Shown: piece after piece, positions 39,787 through 49,168 of the stretch
Numbering within the stretch: position 1 is the first letter of the stretch
Layout: the number at the start of each line of letters is the position of its first letter
Source of the DNA: an uncultured Gammaproteobacteria bacterium
Lineage (GTDB): Bacteria; Patescibacteriota; Patescibacteriia; S139-126
Length of the DNA stretch: 64,000 nt
Assembly: GCA_964493305.1 (NCBI GenBank)
Contig: CAZBLW010000001.1
Span: 473,513 to 537,512, forward strand
Direction of reading: 5' to 3'
Position numbers and translations under genes: made by a program
Notes under the pieces: generated by a model
The model's database searches: none
Told to the model about the DNA's origin: nothing
What the model saw: the letters and a program-made list of their open reading frames with translations, nothing else

Positions 39787-40049
39787 TCAAGCATAATTAC
39801 TTCGGAAATTTCCGCAAACTGGCTCTGTAACTGTTTTTCCACTCCCATTTTAAGAGTAATTGCAGATAAGGGGCAACCAACACAAGCACCCATCAATCTA
39901 ACTTTGACCTGACCAGTATTCTGTTGAAAAGAAACGAACTCAATATCGCCACCATCAAGCTGAATAAAAGGCTTGATTTTGGTATTTATGAATTTATCTA
40001 TTTTAGTAGCTGTTAATTTATTGTTTTTTTGAATTTTTTTGGCTGGCAT
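39783..40049 (-). CDS. NifU/NfuA C-terminal domain protein
   Basis: IKPFIQLDGGDIE, GACVGCPLSAITLKMGVE. Confidence 0.93.
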   Translation of the reverse strand: MPAKKIQKNNKLTATKIDKFINTKIKPFIQLDGGDIEFVSFQQNTGQVKVRLMGACVGCPLSAITLKMGVEKQLQSQFAEISEVIMLD

Positions 40050-40077
40050 GATATTACTTTATCAGTTACTAATTTTA

Positions 40078-40105
40078 TTGACAATACCAAATTTTATGTT
40101 ATGAT
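40078..40105 (+). promoter_or_regulatory. sigma70 promoter of rpmA
   Basis: TTGACA-16 nt-TATGAT with TG extension. Confidence 0.6.
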
Positions 40106-40144
40106 ACTTATACTATCTACTAGAATTATTAATTTTAACTATTT

Positions 40145-40423
40145 ATGGCTCATAAAAAAGCCGGCGGATCAACTAGTTTAGGCCGGGACAGTGTTAGTAA
40201 GCGCTTAGGCGTTAAAATGTTTGCTGGACAAATTGCCAAACCAGGTAATGTGTTAGTAAGACAACGTGGTACTAAAATTAGGGCTGGACAAAACGTTATG
40301 CGCAGTGGCGATGATACTTTAATTGCTACCAAAGCGGGTATTGTGTCTTTTCAAACCAAAAAAATTACTCGTTTCAATGGCCAGAAAAAACTTAGTAAAT
40401 ACGTTCACGTCAAAGAAAAATAA
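40145..40423 (+). CDS. rpmA: 50S ribosomal protein L27
   Basis: [25 protein letters not shown]. Confidence 0.98.
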   Translation: MAHKKAGGSTSLGRDSVSKRLGVKMFAGQIAKPGNVLVRQRGTKIRAGQNVMRSGDDTLIATKAGIVSFQTKKITRFNGQKKLSKYVHVKEK

Positions 40424-40432
40424 ATCATTCTG

Positions 40433-40465
40433 AAAACACCCTTTCTTTAAGAAAGGGTGTTTTTT
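40433..40465. terminator. Bidirectional intrinsic terminator between rpmA and pyrG
   Basis: AAAACACCCTTTC-TTTAA-GAAAGGGTGTTTT perfect stem with A and T tails. Confidence 0.88.
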
Positions 40466-42110
40466 AATGGCTGGTGTCTCTGTTTAGAGCTGCTTTAATA
40501 AAGCTAAAAAATAATGGGTGTGGTCGCAAGGGTCGCGATTTAAATTCAGGATGAAATTGCACCCCGACAAAAAACGGATGATTTATAAGTTCAACTATTT
40601 CCACCAAATTTCTCTGTTTGTTAATGCCAGAAACTTGCATACCGGCTTTAACAAATTTTAACCAATATTTATTATTGAACTCATAACGATGGCGATGACG
40701 TTCTACTACAGTTTTGGTGTGATAAGCAGTTGCCGCAATTGTTTTTGGTACTAATTGACAACTAAAATCACCCAAACGCATTGAACCGCCATAACGTGAG
40801 TTCTTTATATTTTGTTTTTGTTCACTCATTAAGTCAATAACTGGATGAGCTGTCTGTTGATTTATTTCGGTAGTGTTGGCATCATTTAATTTCAATACAT
40901 GACGGGCAAATTCTATACAGGCTAACTGCATACCATAGCATAAACCAAAATAAGGTATTTTATTTTTTCTAACATATTCAATTGCTTTGATAATACCTTC
41001 AACCCCCCTACTACCAAAACCACCCGGTACTACAACCCCAGCAAAATTATTTAGTATTTTAATATCTTCTTTGCCCTTCTCCAAATTTTCACTATCAACC
41101 CAGACAAAATCGATTTTAACTTTGTTGTGCCAGGCAGCATATTTTAAAGATTCAATAACTGAGATATATGAATCGGACAAAGTAAAAGATCCAGTTGAAA
41201 AATATTTACCAACCAATCCAATAGTAATTTTTTTTCTAGCTTGTTTTGGTGTTTTTATCAATTTTTTTTGCCAATCTTTTAAATCACGATTATTGGCTTT
41301 CATATTAAACTTAAACAAAATACGCTTGTCTAAATTTTGTTGACGATAAACTAAGGGAACTTGGTAAATACTATCAACATCAGGTGAAGAAATAACGTCT
41401 TCAATTGCTACATTGCAAAAAACAGAGATTTTTTCTTTACGTTTGTGGTCAAGCACCCTTTCGCTTCTGGCCAAGATAAAATCTGGCTGAATACCCGCTG
41501 AATTTAAAGTCTTCACCGCTGTTTGTGTGGGTTTTGTTTTCATTTCGCCGATTTTAGAAGGAATTGGTAAATATGACACCATAATAAACATCACCTGGTT
41601 GGGCATCTTTAATTTCATCATTCGAGCTGCTTCCAAAAAAATAAAGTTTTGATACTCACCAACCGTACCTCCAATCTCAATCATGACAAAATCAGCTTTT
41701 GATTTATTGGCCAATTTTTTTATTCTTCTAATTACTTCATCAGGAATATGGGGAACCGGCTCAACACATTTACCACCGTATTCTAAATTTCTTTCTTTAT
41801 TTATCACTGTTTGCCAAACCGAACCTTGGGTCATATAATTATCGGCATCTAATTCAATATCTAAAAATCTTTCATAATTTCCGACATCCTGATCGGTTTC
41901 TAAACCATCTTTAGTAACAAAAACTTCGCCGTGTTCAGTTGGATTCATGGTACCAGCGTCCACATTGATATACGGATCGATTTTGATAGCAGTTACTGAA
42001 AAACCACGACTTTGTAAAAGTTTAGCAATTGAAGAGGTGGCAATACCCTTACCCAAACCAGATAAAACGCCACCCATAACAAAGATAAATTTAGTTTTTT
42101 GTTTTTTCAT
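40464..42110 (-). CDS. pyrG: CTP synthase
   Basis: GGVLSGLGKG, KIDPY, KTKPTQ, GLCYGMQ, QFHPE. Confidence 0.98.
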   Translation of the reverse strand: MKKQKTKFIFVMGGVLSGLGKGIATSSIAKLLQSRGFSVTAIKIDPYINVDAGTMNPTEHGEVFVTKDGLETDQDVGNYERFLDIELDADNYMTQGSVWQTVINKERNLEYGGKCVEPVPHIPDEVIRRIKKLANKSKADFVMIEIGGTVGEYQNFIFLEAARMMKLKMPNQVMFIMVSYLPIPSKIGEMKTKPTQTAVKTLNSAGIQPDFILARSERVLDHKRKEKISVFCNVAIEDVISSPDVDSIYQVPLVYRQQNLDKRILFKFNMKANNRDLKDWQKKLIKTPKQARKKITIGLVGKYFSTGSFTLSDSYISVIESLKYAAWHNKVKIDFVWVDSENLEKGKEDIKILNNFAGVVVPGGFGSRGVEGIIKAIEYVRKNKIPYFGLCYGMQLACIEFARHVLKLNDANTTEINQQTAHPVIDLMSEQKQNIKNSRYGGSMRLGDFSCQLVPKTIAATAYHTKTVVERHRHRYEFNNKYWLKFVKAGMQVSGINKQRNLVEIVELINHPFFVGVQFHPEFKSRPLRPHPLFFSFIKAALNRDTSH

Positions 42111-42112
42111 AT

Positions 42113-42556
42113 CTAAGGTTGTTTCAAAATGTTTATTTTTATAGCCAATGAACTCTGATCAGAAAATAAAATTTTAACCCAATGTTCTCCAATATTCTTT
42201 AAATGACAGTCGGCAACTTTAATATCATCCCAAAAAAAATTCAATTTTTTTAATTCATTTAATACATCAACTGATTTAACTTGGGCAAATAAAACACCGC
42301 TTTCATTGGCCGGTCTGGTAATATTAATCTGCTGTCTGTCAAGATTTTTGATAAATTCTTCTTTTTTTTGTAAATATTGTTGTTGTTTTTTTTGTTTCTG
42401 TTTAACTTGTAATTTGAAATCAGTAATACTTTTTTCATCTGCTACTTTGGCAATTTTTTGTGGAATTAAATAATTTCTAGCATAGCCTTCACTTACCTCT
42501 TTCAATTCACCTGTCCGTCCCAATGACTTATGGTTTTTTAGTAAAATTACTCTCAT
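42113..42556 (-). CDS. rplI: 50S ribosomal protein L9
   Basis: MRVILL, LGRTGE, GYARNYLIP. Confidence 0.96.
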   Translation of the reverse strand: MRVILLKNHKSLGRTGELKEVSEGYARNYLIPQKIAKVADEKSITDFKLQVKQKQKKQQQYLQKKEEFIKNLDRQQINITRPANESGVLFAQVKSVDVLNELKKLNFFWDDIKVADCHLKNIGEHWVKILFSDQSSLAIKINILKQP

Positions 42557-42560
42557 GTAA

Positions 42561-43787
42561 TTATTGGTTGATTAATTCCATAACTTTATCTAACTGCGGA
42601 TCTCTATTTTCATCATAGTCCTCTCCGGTCATTGGCACAACCACATCAGGTGTAATACCTACTTGATCTATGGCATTACTATTTGGTGTTAACCATTTAG
42701 CTACAGTTAATTTAACGGCTGAGCCGTCAACAAAATCAATTAAATCTTGAACGCTGCCCTTACCAAATGACTGTTCACCAATAATCTCTGCTAGGTCATA
42801 ATCTTGTAAAGCACCAGCAACAATTTCCGACGCCGAAGCCGAACCCTCATTGATTAAAACAAAAGTTTTTTTACCTTTTAAAACTGGGGTGCCGACAGCT
42901 GGAAAAGGAGTTATTGAATCGTCATACATTTTTTCTAAGACTACTGGTTGTCCATCAACCCAATAACTGGCAATTTTTACCGCTACATCCAAAAAGCCTC
43001 CGGGATTTCCTCTTAAATCTAAAATAATATTATCAGGATTGGTGCTTAAAGCTTGAGTAACAACTTGTCGAAATCTATCATAAGTATCTTCATTGAAATA
43101 GGAAATTTTTATATAAGCAGTCTTATTGCCTTTATCTTCCCAGCTAACACTTACTATTTTAATAGTATCGCGAACAATTTCAACATCCTTAATTTCATTG
43201 TCATCTGCAGTAGCAATAGTCAATTTTACTGAACTGCCCTTTTCACCTCTGATTAAACTTACGGCTTTATCCAGTGCAATTCCTTGGGTGTCATAACCGT
43301 CAATAGCCAAAATTTTATCACCAGTCTGCAAACCTGCTCGGGCGGCTGGTGTTTCCGGTAACGGAGCGATAATGGTTAATTGTTCTTTGCGAATACCAAT
43401 CTCAGCTCCAATTCCTTCGAATTTACCACTTAATTCCTGGGTAAATTCCTCATTCACTTGGGGACTCAAAAAAACTGAATAAGGGTCATTTAGAGAGGCT
43501 ACCATACCGGCTAAAGATCCATAAAACAAATCAATTTCTTTAACATTTTCTGCATCATAATATCTTTTTTGTATAGTCTCCCAAACATCCCAAAATAGTG
43601 AAAAACTGACATCTTGAAGGTATTGTTTAGGAGCAATATCTTTATTTAAAACTTTACCCGTACCTACTTTAACCAAATTGTTGATCAATATACCGTTTTG
43701 AGCACCAAAAAAAAGACCAGTAAAAAATACTCCTAAAATAAAAAAACCTGCTAAAACAGCTAATAATATTTTTTTCCACCAACTCAT
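42561..43787 (-). CDS. Carboxy-terminal processing protease (S41A, PDZ)
   Basis: DPYS, GIGAEI, DLRGNPGG, SASASEI, FGKGSVQ. Confidence 0.95.
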   Translation of the reverse strand: MSWWKKILLAVLAGFFILGVFFTGLFFGAQNGILINNLVKVGTGKVLNKDIAPKQYLQDVSFSLFWDVWETIQKRYYDAENVKEIDLFYGSLAGMVASLNDPYSVFLSPQVNEEFTQELSGKFEGIGAEIGIRKEQLTIIAPLPETPAARAGLQTGDKILAIDGYDTQGIALDKAVSLIRGEKGSSVKLTIATADDNEIKDVEIVRDTIKIVSVSWEDKGNKTAYIKISYFNEDTYDRFRQVVTQALSTNPDNIILDLRGNPGGFLDVAVKIASYWVDGQPVVLEKMYDDSITPFPAVGTPVLKGKKTFVLINEGSASASEIVAGALQDYDLAEIIGEQSFGKGSVQDLIDFVDGSAVKLTVAKWLTPNSNAIDQVGITPDVVVPMTGEDYDENRDPQLDKVMELINQ

Positions 43788-43815
43788 ATATTTGTAATTA
43801 TATCATATTTAATTA

Positions 43816-45084
43816 TTATTCTAATTGTTTATTTATTTGTGCACCAATACCTGTCAGCTTATCAATCAAATTTTCATAACCTCTTTCAATTTGATAAATA
43901 TTTTCAATCTCGGTAGTGCCTTCAGCAATCAAACCGGCAATAACCATGGCAATTCCCGCCCTTAAATCTGGGGATTCCAATTTTTTTCCTCTTAATTTAG
44001 TTGGTCCGGTAACCAATACTCTCTGCGGATCACACATAATAATATTGGCTCCCATTCGATTTAAAAAATCAGTATAAAAGAGCCGTCCTTCAAAAATAGT
44101 TTCGTGAATCAATGACTGGCCGTTAACTTGAGTCATAAGCACAGTAAAAGGAGCTTGAATGTCAGTGGGAAAACCAGGGTACTCGTGAGTTTTTAAATTT
44201 ATGGCTTGTAAGTTTTCCGTAGGGATTACTTCTAAAGTATTTTGTCCAATTTTTATATTAGCTCCCATCTGCTGTAAAATAGCTATTGGAACTCTTAAAT
44301 GTTCAGGCTCACAATTGCTAATTTTTAAACTACTTTGTTGGGCACAAGCTAAGGCCAAAAATGATGCTGTTTCAATTCTGTCAGGGATAACTTTTATTTC
44401 ACCATTACTTAAATAATCAACCCCATCAATTTCTAATACACTAGAACCAATTCCTTTTATTTTTGCTCCCTGTTGATTGAGATACTCGGCCAAAGCAACC
44501 ACTTCTGGCTCTTGAGCAACATTAATCAAACGGGTTGTGCCCTTAGCTTTAACCGCTGCCAACAATAAAGTCTCGGTACCGGTAACAGTTATCTGGGGAA
44601 AAATAATATCGGCCCCAATTAATCCATGTGAACTGAAGGTATAAAACTTATCGTCCATCGCTACTTTAACACCCATTTTTTTAAAACCCTCAATAAACAT
44701 ATCAATGGGTCTTTTGCCAATAGTACAACCACCGGGATGAGGAAATTTTATTAAATTATATTTCGCCAGCAACGGTCCCAATAAAAGTATGGAGGCACGA
44801 AATTTGCTGACCAAATCCATATTTAAATTTTGCGGATCAAATTCTTTTGGATTTAATTGGTAGTTATTGCTCTCTAATTTATTAACCTTAACTCCCAAAT
44901 CAACCAGGACTTCCAATAAACGATTAATATCTTCAATTTCAGGAACATTCTTGATTGTCATAACTTGATCAGATAGCAAAGAAGCAACCATTACCTTGGT
45001 CGCCATATTTTTTGCTCCAGAAACTGTTATTGTGCCATGCAAATTACTACCGCCCTGAATTATATATTTTGGCATATTTGTCAT
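43816..45084 (-). CDS. murA: UDP-GlcNAc enolpyruvyl transferase
   Basis: SGAKN, RASI, PGGCTIGKRP, PGFPTD, DLRAG. Confidence 0.97.
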   Translation of the reverse strand: MTNMPKYIIQGGSNLHGTITVSGAKNMATKVMVASLLSDQVMTIKNVPEIEDINRLLEVLVDLGVKVNKLESNNYQLNPKEFDPQNLNMDLVSKFRASILLLGPLLAKYNLIKFPHPGGCTIGKRPIDMFIEGFKKMGVKVAMDDKFYTFSSHGLIGADIIFPQITVTGTETLLLAAVKAKGTTRLINVAQEPEVVALAEYLNQQGAKIKGIGSSVLEIDGVDYLSNGEIKVIPDRIETASFLALACAQQSSLKISNCEPEHLRVPIAILQQMGANIKIGQNTLEVIPTENLQAINLKTHEYPGFPTDIQAPFTVLMTQVNGQSLIHETIFEGRLFYTDFLNRMGANIIMCDPQRVLVTGPTKLRGKKLESPDLRAGIAMVIAGLIAEGTTEIENIYQIERGYENLIDKLTGIGAQINKQLE

Positions 45085-45138
45085 AAACTTATATTTATTG
45101 TAAATTATCTTTAACTTTTATTCAAGCTAAGAAAAAGA

Positions 45139-45147
45139 TGCTATAAT
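45139..45147 (+). promoter_or_regulatory. Extended -10 promoter of PEGA gene
   Basis: TGcTATAAT 9 nt before ATG. Confidence 0.55.
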
Positions 45148-45156
45148 AAATCCAAT

Positions 45157-46560
45157 ATGACATTAAGGACAAGACGTTTTATTTATTTATTATTTGTGAC
45201 TTTCTTCCTGATTACCGCCCCTCTGGTAGTTTTATATACTACTGGTTATCGTTGGAATTATTATAAAAATAAGGTAGATAAAATAGGAAATTTAGTTATT
45301 AGAACATTTCCTAAAAAGGTCAATATTAGTCTGAATGATAACCTGGTAGAAAAAACAACGCCCTGGCGCTTTAATAACCTTTTACCCAATAAATATCAGA
45401 TTAAGATAACCAAAGACGGTTTCTCTTCTTGGGAAAAAAATTTAAACGTCAACTCGGGCGAAACTACGTTTGCGGAACATATTTATTTATTTAAAACCGA
45501 ACCTAAGCTAATAAATCTTGTAAATCAGGTTGATTTTTGGACTTACAACGAACAACAAAATATTTTAATTTACCAAAAAAACAATCAACTCAAACTTTTA
45601 AATTTAAACAATAATTTAGAACAAATTATCACTGACAATAATCTCCCTATTCTTGATTATAACTGGTCAAATAATTATCAAAATTTATTATTAACTACTT
45701 TAGATAGTTATTTATATTGGCGACTGTCTGACCCGAGTAAAGTAAATATTATCCCTACCAATATAAAAAATTCAATATCTGAATGGCAAAATATCGACTG
45801 CAAACAAATAAATGATAATGCTGTTTTATTACTATGCGCTGAACAACACAAAATATTTAATTTGGATCCTTTTACCTTAACCACCTCTGAGATTATCTCG
45901 AGCCCCATAAATCAAATTATTGATTTTTATTTTGCTAATAATTTATTTTTCTATTTAGAAAAAAATCAAGTAGACAATAATATTTATTTACGTATTAAGC
46001 AACAAAATTTAACCACTGAAGTTTTCCCCGATTATTTATTACCCTTCTCAGAAAAATATAAATTTATTGACATTAAAAACCAACAAGCCACTATTTTGGA
46101 CCAAAAAAATAAAAAATTATATTTATTGAACCTGACAAAAGACGAAGCCGGTTTTAACAACTCCTCAAAAATCTACAATGATATTGAGCAGGCCTTTTTT
46201 GCCAGTGATGGTACTTTGGTTTTTTATAATCCTTGGGAAGTCTGGATAGAACGTAATAATTATGCCACTTTAATCACTCGCCAATCAGAACCAATCACTT
46301 CAGTTAAATGGTATAATTCCAACAATCACTTATTACTAGTAGAAAAAAACCACCTGGCAATGATTGAATTAGATGAACGTGATCGTCGTAACATTGCACC
46401 GCTGATAAATATGACTAACATAAAAAAAGCCAGTTTTGATAAAACTGGAAATAATTTATTTTTTAGTGCCGAAAATACAACCAACCAAAAAGACGATATT
46501 TTTATGACTGAAATTCTTCCCAAAGAGACTGATTTCTCTTTGCCCAATCTGATGCCATAA
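45157..46560 (+). CDS. PEGA-domain membrane-anchored protein with probable beta-propeller
   Basis: TM + YTTGYR; GNLVIRTFP...TP...LLPNKYQIKITKDGFSSWEK; C-terminal IELDERD. Confidence 0.8.
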   Translation: MTLRTRRFIYLLFVTFFLITAPLVVLYTTGYRWNYYKNKVDKIGNLVIRTFPKKVNISLNDNLVEKTTPWRFNNLLPNKYQIKITKDGFSSWEKNLNVNSGETTFAEHIYLFKTEPKLINLVNQVDFWTYNEQQNILIYQKNNQLKLLNLNNNLEQIITDNNLPILDYNWSNNYQNLLLTTLDSYLYWRLSDPSKVNIIPTNIKNSISEWQNIDCKQINDNAVLLLCAEQHKIFNLDPFTLTTSEIISSPINQIIDFYFANNLFFYLEKNQVDNNIYLRIKQQNLTTEVFPDYLLPFSEKYKFIDIKNQQATILDQKNKKLYLLNLTKDEAGFNNSSKIYNDIEQAFFASDGTLVFYNPWEVWIERNNYATLITRQSEPITSVKWYNSNNHLLLVEKNHLAMIELDERDRRNIAPLINMTNIKKASFDKTGNNLFFSAENTTNQKDDIFMTEILPKETDFSLPNLMP

Positions 46561-47233
46561 GCAATGAATCAAAAGTACCAGTATCAAACCAATCACCAGC
46601 AATTATTTTTACATCTAATTGCTGTTTTTGTAAATAAACATTATTGATATCAGTAATTTCCAATTCTCCACGATTAGAAGGTTGTAAATTTTTAGCTATA
46701 TTTATAACTTGATTATCATAAAGATATAAACCTGTAACACAATAATTACTCTTGGGGTGTTGTGGTTTTTCTTCGATTGATAGCGCTTTACCTGTTTGAT
46801 CAAAATCCACTACCCCATAACGCTCAGGATCTGGCACTGCTTTGGCAAACACCCGTCCTCCACCACGGAATGATTTAATATCGTTTGTCAGATTATCTCC
46901 AAAAATATTGTCACCAAGTATCATGGCAACATCGCCATTATCTATAAAGTCCTCACCTATTATAAATGCGTCAGCCAAACCTCTAGGGCTTTCTTGTATT
47001 TCATAAGTAAACTTAGCATTGAATTGTTTACCAGAACCCAATAAATGCATAAAATGTCCGGCATAATCCGGAGCGATGATTAACAAAATTTCTTTAATAC
47101 CAGCTTTCAGCAACGTAAACAAAGGATAGAAAATCATCGGTTTATTATAAACCGGTAACAGCTGCTTACTAGTCACTAAAGTCAAAGGCCGTAGTCTGGT
47201 TGCTTTGCCTCCCGCTAAAATAATACCTTTCAT
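46502..47233 (-). CDS. rfbA: Glucose-1-phosphate thymidylyltransferase (short form)
   Basis: KGIILAGG.ATRL, SKQLLPVYNKPMI, LGDN, RGELEITD, WFDTGT. Confidence 0.93.
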   Translation of the reverse strand: MKGIILAGGKATRLRPLTLVTSKQLLPVYNKPMIFYPLFTLLKAGIKEILLIIAPDYAGHFMHLLGSGKQFNAKFTYEIQESPRGLADAFIIGEDFIDNGDVAMILGDNIFGDNLTNDIKSFRGGGRVFAKAVPDPERYGVVDFDQTGKALSIEEKPQHPKSNYCVTGLYLYDNQVINIAKNLQPSNRGELEITDINNVYLQKQQLDVKIIAGDWFDTGTFDSLLMASDWAKRNQSLWEEFQS

Positions 47234-47240
47234 GTTTAAA

Positions 47241-47690
47241 TTACTTACCGATATTGGGAAATTTTAAACTGGACGGAGCTGACATTTGAGTTCGAATGAC
47301 AACTTCTTTATAATTCTCTTTGTAATCCTCCACCCGTTCGTAATTTTTATCGGGAAAATTATCAGGTAATTGATCAACTGGAAAATAATCAGCAGCTACA
47401 TAGTTACCACTGGGTTTGGGATTTTGTCTCTTATTCATCAATTTTACCAAAAATAAAACCACCAACTCATTTTGTATCGGTTTAGAATATAAACCAATTA
47501 CTCTTTCGATACTAATAGTCAAACCCAATTTTTGATGAATCATTTTAACTATTGATTCATCAATAGTCTCGCCCAAAGCCAACTCACCACCGGGTAATCT
47601 CCACATATCACGATCTGATCTTTTTACCAATAAAACTTCCCCACCTTTGGGAATTATTGCATTAACCGATAATTTAAAATCATGAGACAT
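47241..47690 (-). CDS. Nudix-fold protein with degenerate Nudix box
   Basis: VLLVKR, WRLPGG..LGET; REUXEEXG replaced by KMIHQKLG. Confidence 0.75.
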   Translation of the reverse strand: MSHDFKLSVNAIIPKGGEVLLVKRSDRDMWRLPGGELALGETIDESIVKMIHQKLGLTISIERVIGLYSKPIQNELVVLFLVKLMNKRQNPKPSGNYVAADYFPVDQLPDNFPDKNYERVEDYKENYKEVVIRTQMSAPSSLKFPNIGK

Positions 47691-47718
47691 ATAAAAATAT
47701 TAAGGATTAAATAAAAAT

Positions 47719-48570
47719 TTAATTTGTTTTATTATTTAAATAATCTTCTACAGCCAATTGCCAACTTCTTAATTTTGGTAACTTGTTATTGTGCAAAATA
47801 GCATATTGGGGACGCTTAGCCAATGTTTTAAAATCTGTACTTTGGCTTGGTTTAATTTTAGCATCGATACCCTTTATCTGCAAAGCAAATTTTGCCAATT
47901 CATACCAATTGGTTATTCCTTCGTTGACGATATGATAAATACCGGGATTATAATTTTCCCATAACATGGTTTTTATCCCTTGGGCTAAATCATTAGTGTA
48001 AGTAGGGTGTCCCCATTGGTCATTCACAACTGAGAATTCTTCACCTTGTTGCGCTTTAGCTAATATAGTATCAATAAAATTTTTTCCTCTAGGCTTGCCT
48101 TTTTGGGGAGCCTGACCGTATAACCAAGAGGTTCTAACAATAAACCATTCACATTGGGAGTTTATTAAAATTTTTTCTGCTTGAGCTTTAGATTGACCGT
48201 AGATATTGATTGGATCGGGTTGGTCAGTTTCATTATAACCTTCTTTATTCTCACCGCTAAAAACATATTCGGTGCTAATTTGTACCAATTTTGCTTTGAG
48301 AGCGGCAGCTGTTTGGCTTAAATATTCAATAGCGGTAGCATTGATACTAAAAACCTGTTCCGGATCAGTCTCTGCTCCATCAACATTAGTATAAGCTGCT
48401 GTATTAATAATTATTTCTGGGTGTAACGAAGTTATTTTTTCTTGAACCTGGTGTTCAGAGGTAATATCAAGTTCTTCTTTATCCCACAACGACGGTTTAT
48501 ATTCTAAAAAAACTTTAGCCAAATCATACCCCAACATTCCCCCAGCCCCAATTATTAATATTTTTTTCAT
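47719..48570 (-). CDS. rfbD: dTDP-4-dehydrorhamnose reductase
   Basis: GAGGMLG, AAYTNVD, STEYVF, YGQSK, DQWGHPT. Confidence 0.95.
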   Translation of the reverse strand: MKKILIIGAGGMLGYDLAKVFLEYKPSLWDKEELDITSEHQVQEKITSLHPEIIINTAAYTNVDGAETDPEQVFSINATAIEYLSQTAAALKAKLVQISTEYVFSGENKEGYNETDQPDPINIYGQSKAQAEKILINSQCEWFIVRTSWLYGQAPQKGKPRGKNFIDTILAKAQQGEEFSVVNDQWGHPTYTNDLAQGIKTMLWENYNPGIYHIVNEGITNWYELAKFALQIKGIDAKIKPSQSTDFKTLAKRPQYAILHNNKLPKLRSWQLAVEDYLNNKTN

Positions 48571-48579
48571 GGCAAAATT

Positions 48580-49152
48580 TTATTTAATAATTTGAACATT
48601 ACTAGGTAGTTTTTCAATAATAATCTTCAAATCTAATGCAGAATAGTTATTGCCCGAAATGTCCAATACTTTAAGATTTTTTAAATCACCTAATTCGTAA
48701 GGTAAACCTGTTAATTGGTTGTTAGCTAAATTAAGTATTTCTAAATTTTTTAACTGACCAATCTCAGCTGGTACTCCAGTCATTTGATTATTACTGGCAT
48801 TCAGTACAACTAAATTCTGTAAATGTCTAATTTCAGCTTGAATAGCACCGGATAACAAATTATTGGAAACATTTAACTCTTGTAAATTAGTTTTATCAAA
48901 AACATTATTTGGTATTTTAGTTAATCCTTGTCCGCTTAAGTCTAATTTATTTTTAGTTGCTATTTCAATATTTTTATTATTTTGATTTTCTAAAGTTAAA
49001 TCGTTATTACTTTGTTTTTCATCAGTTGTAGTATTGGTTAAACTATTGTCTGATTTAGATTTATCTATCTCATTAGTAGTAGGAGTAGAAAGCAAAGAAC
49101 AACCACTTAAAAATAAAGTGATTAAACTGAAAAGTAAAAAATATTTTTTCAT
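48580..49152 (-). CDS. Leucine-rich repeat lipoprotein
   Basis: Lipobox LSGC; 4-5 LxxLNxSNNxLxGxPxEIxxL repeats. Confidence 0.9.
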   Translation of the reverse strand: MKKYFLLFSLITLFLSGCSLLSTPTTNEIDKSKSDNSLTNTTTDEKQSNNDLTLENQNNKNIEIATKNKLDLSGQGLTKIPNNVFDKTNLQELNVSNNLLSGAIQAEIRHLQNLVVLNASNNQMTGVPAEIGQLKNLEILNLANNQLTGLPYELGDLKNLKVLDISGNNYSALDLKIIIEKLPSNVQIIK

Positions 49153-49168
49153 AATTATTTAGTATTAG

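Noticed and set aside
43816-45084. Fosfomycin-resistant MurA variant
   Set aside because: The active-site Cys is present (GGCTIG)
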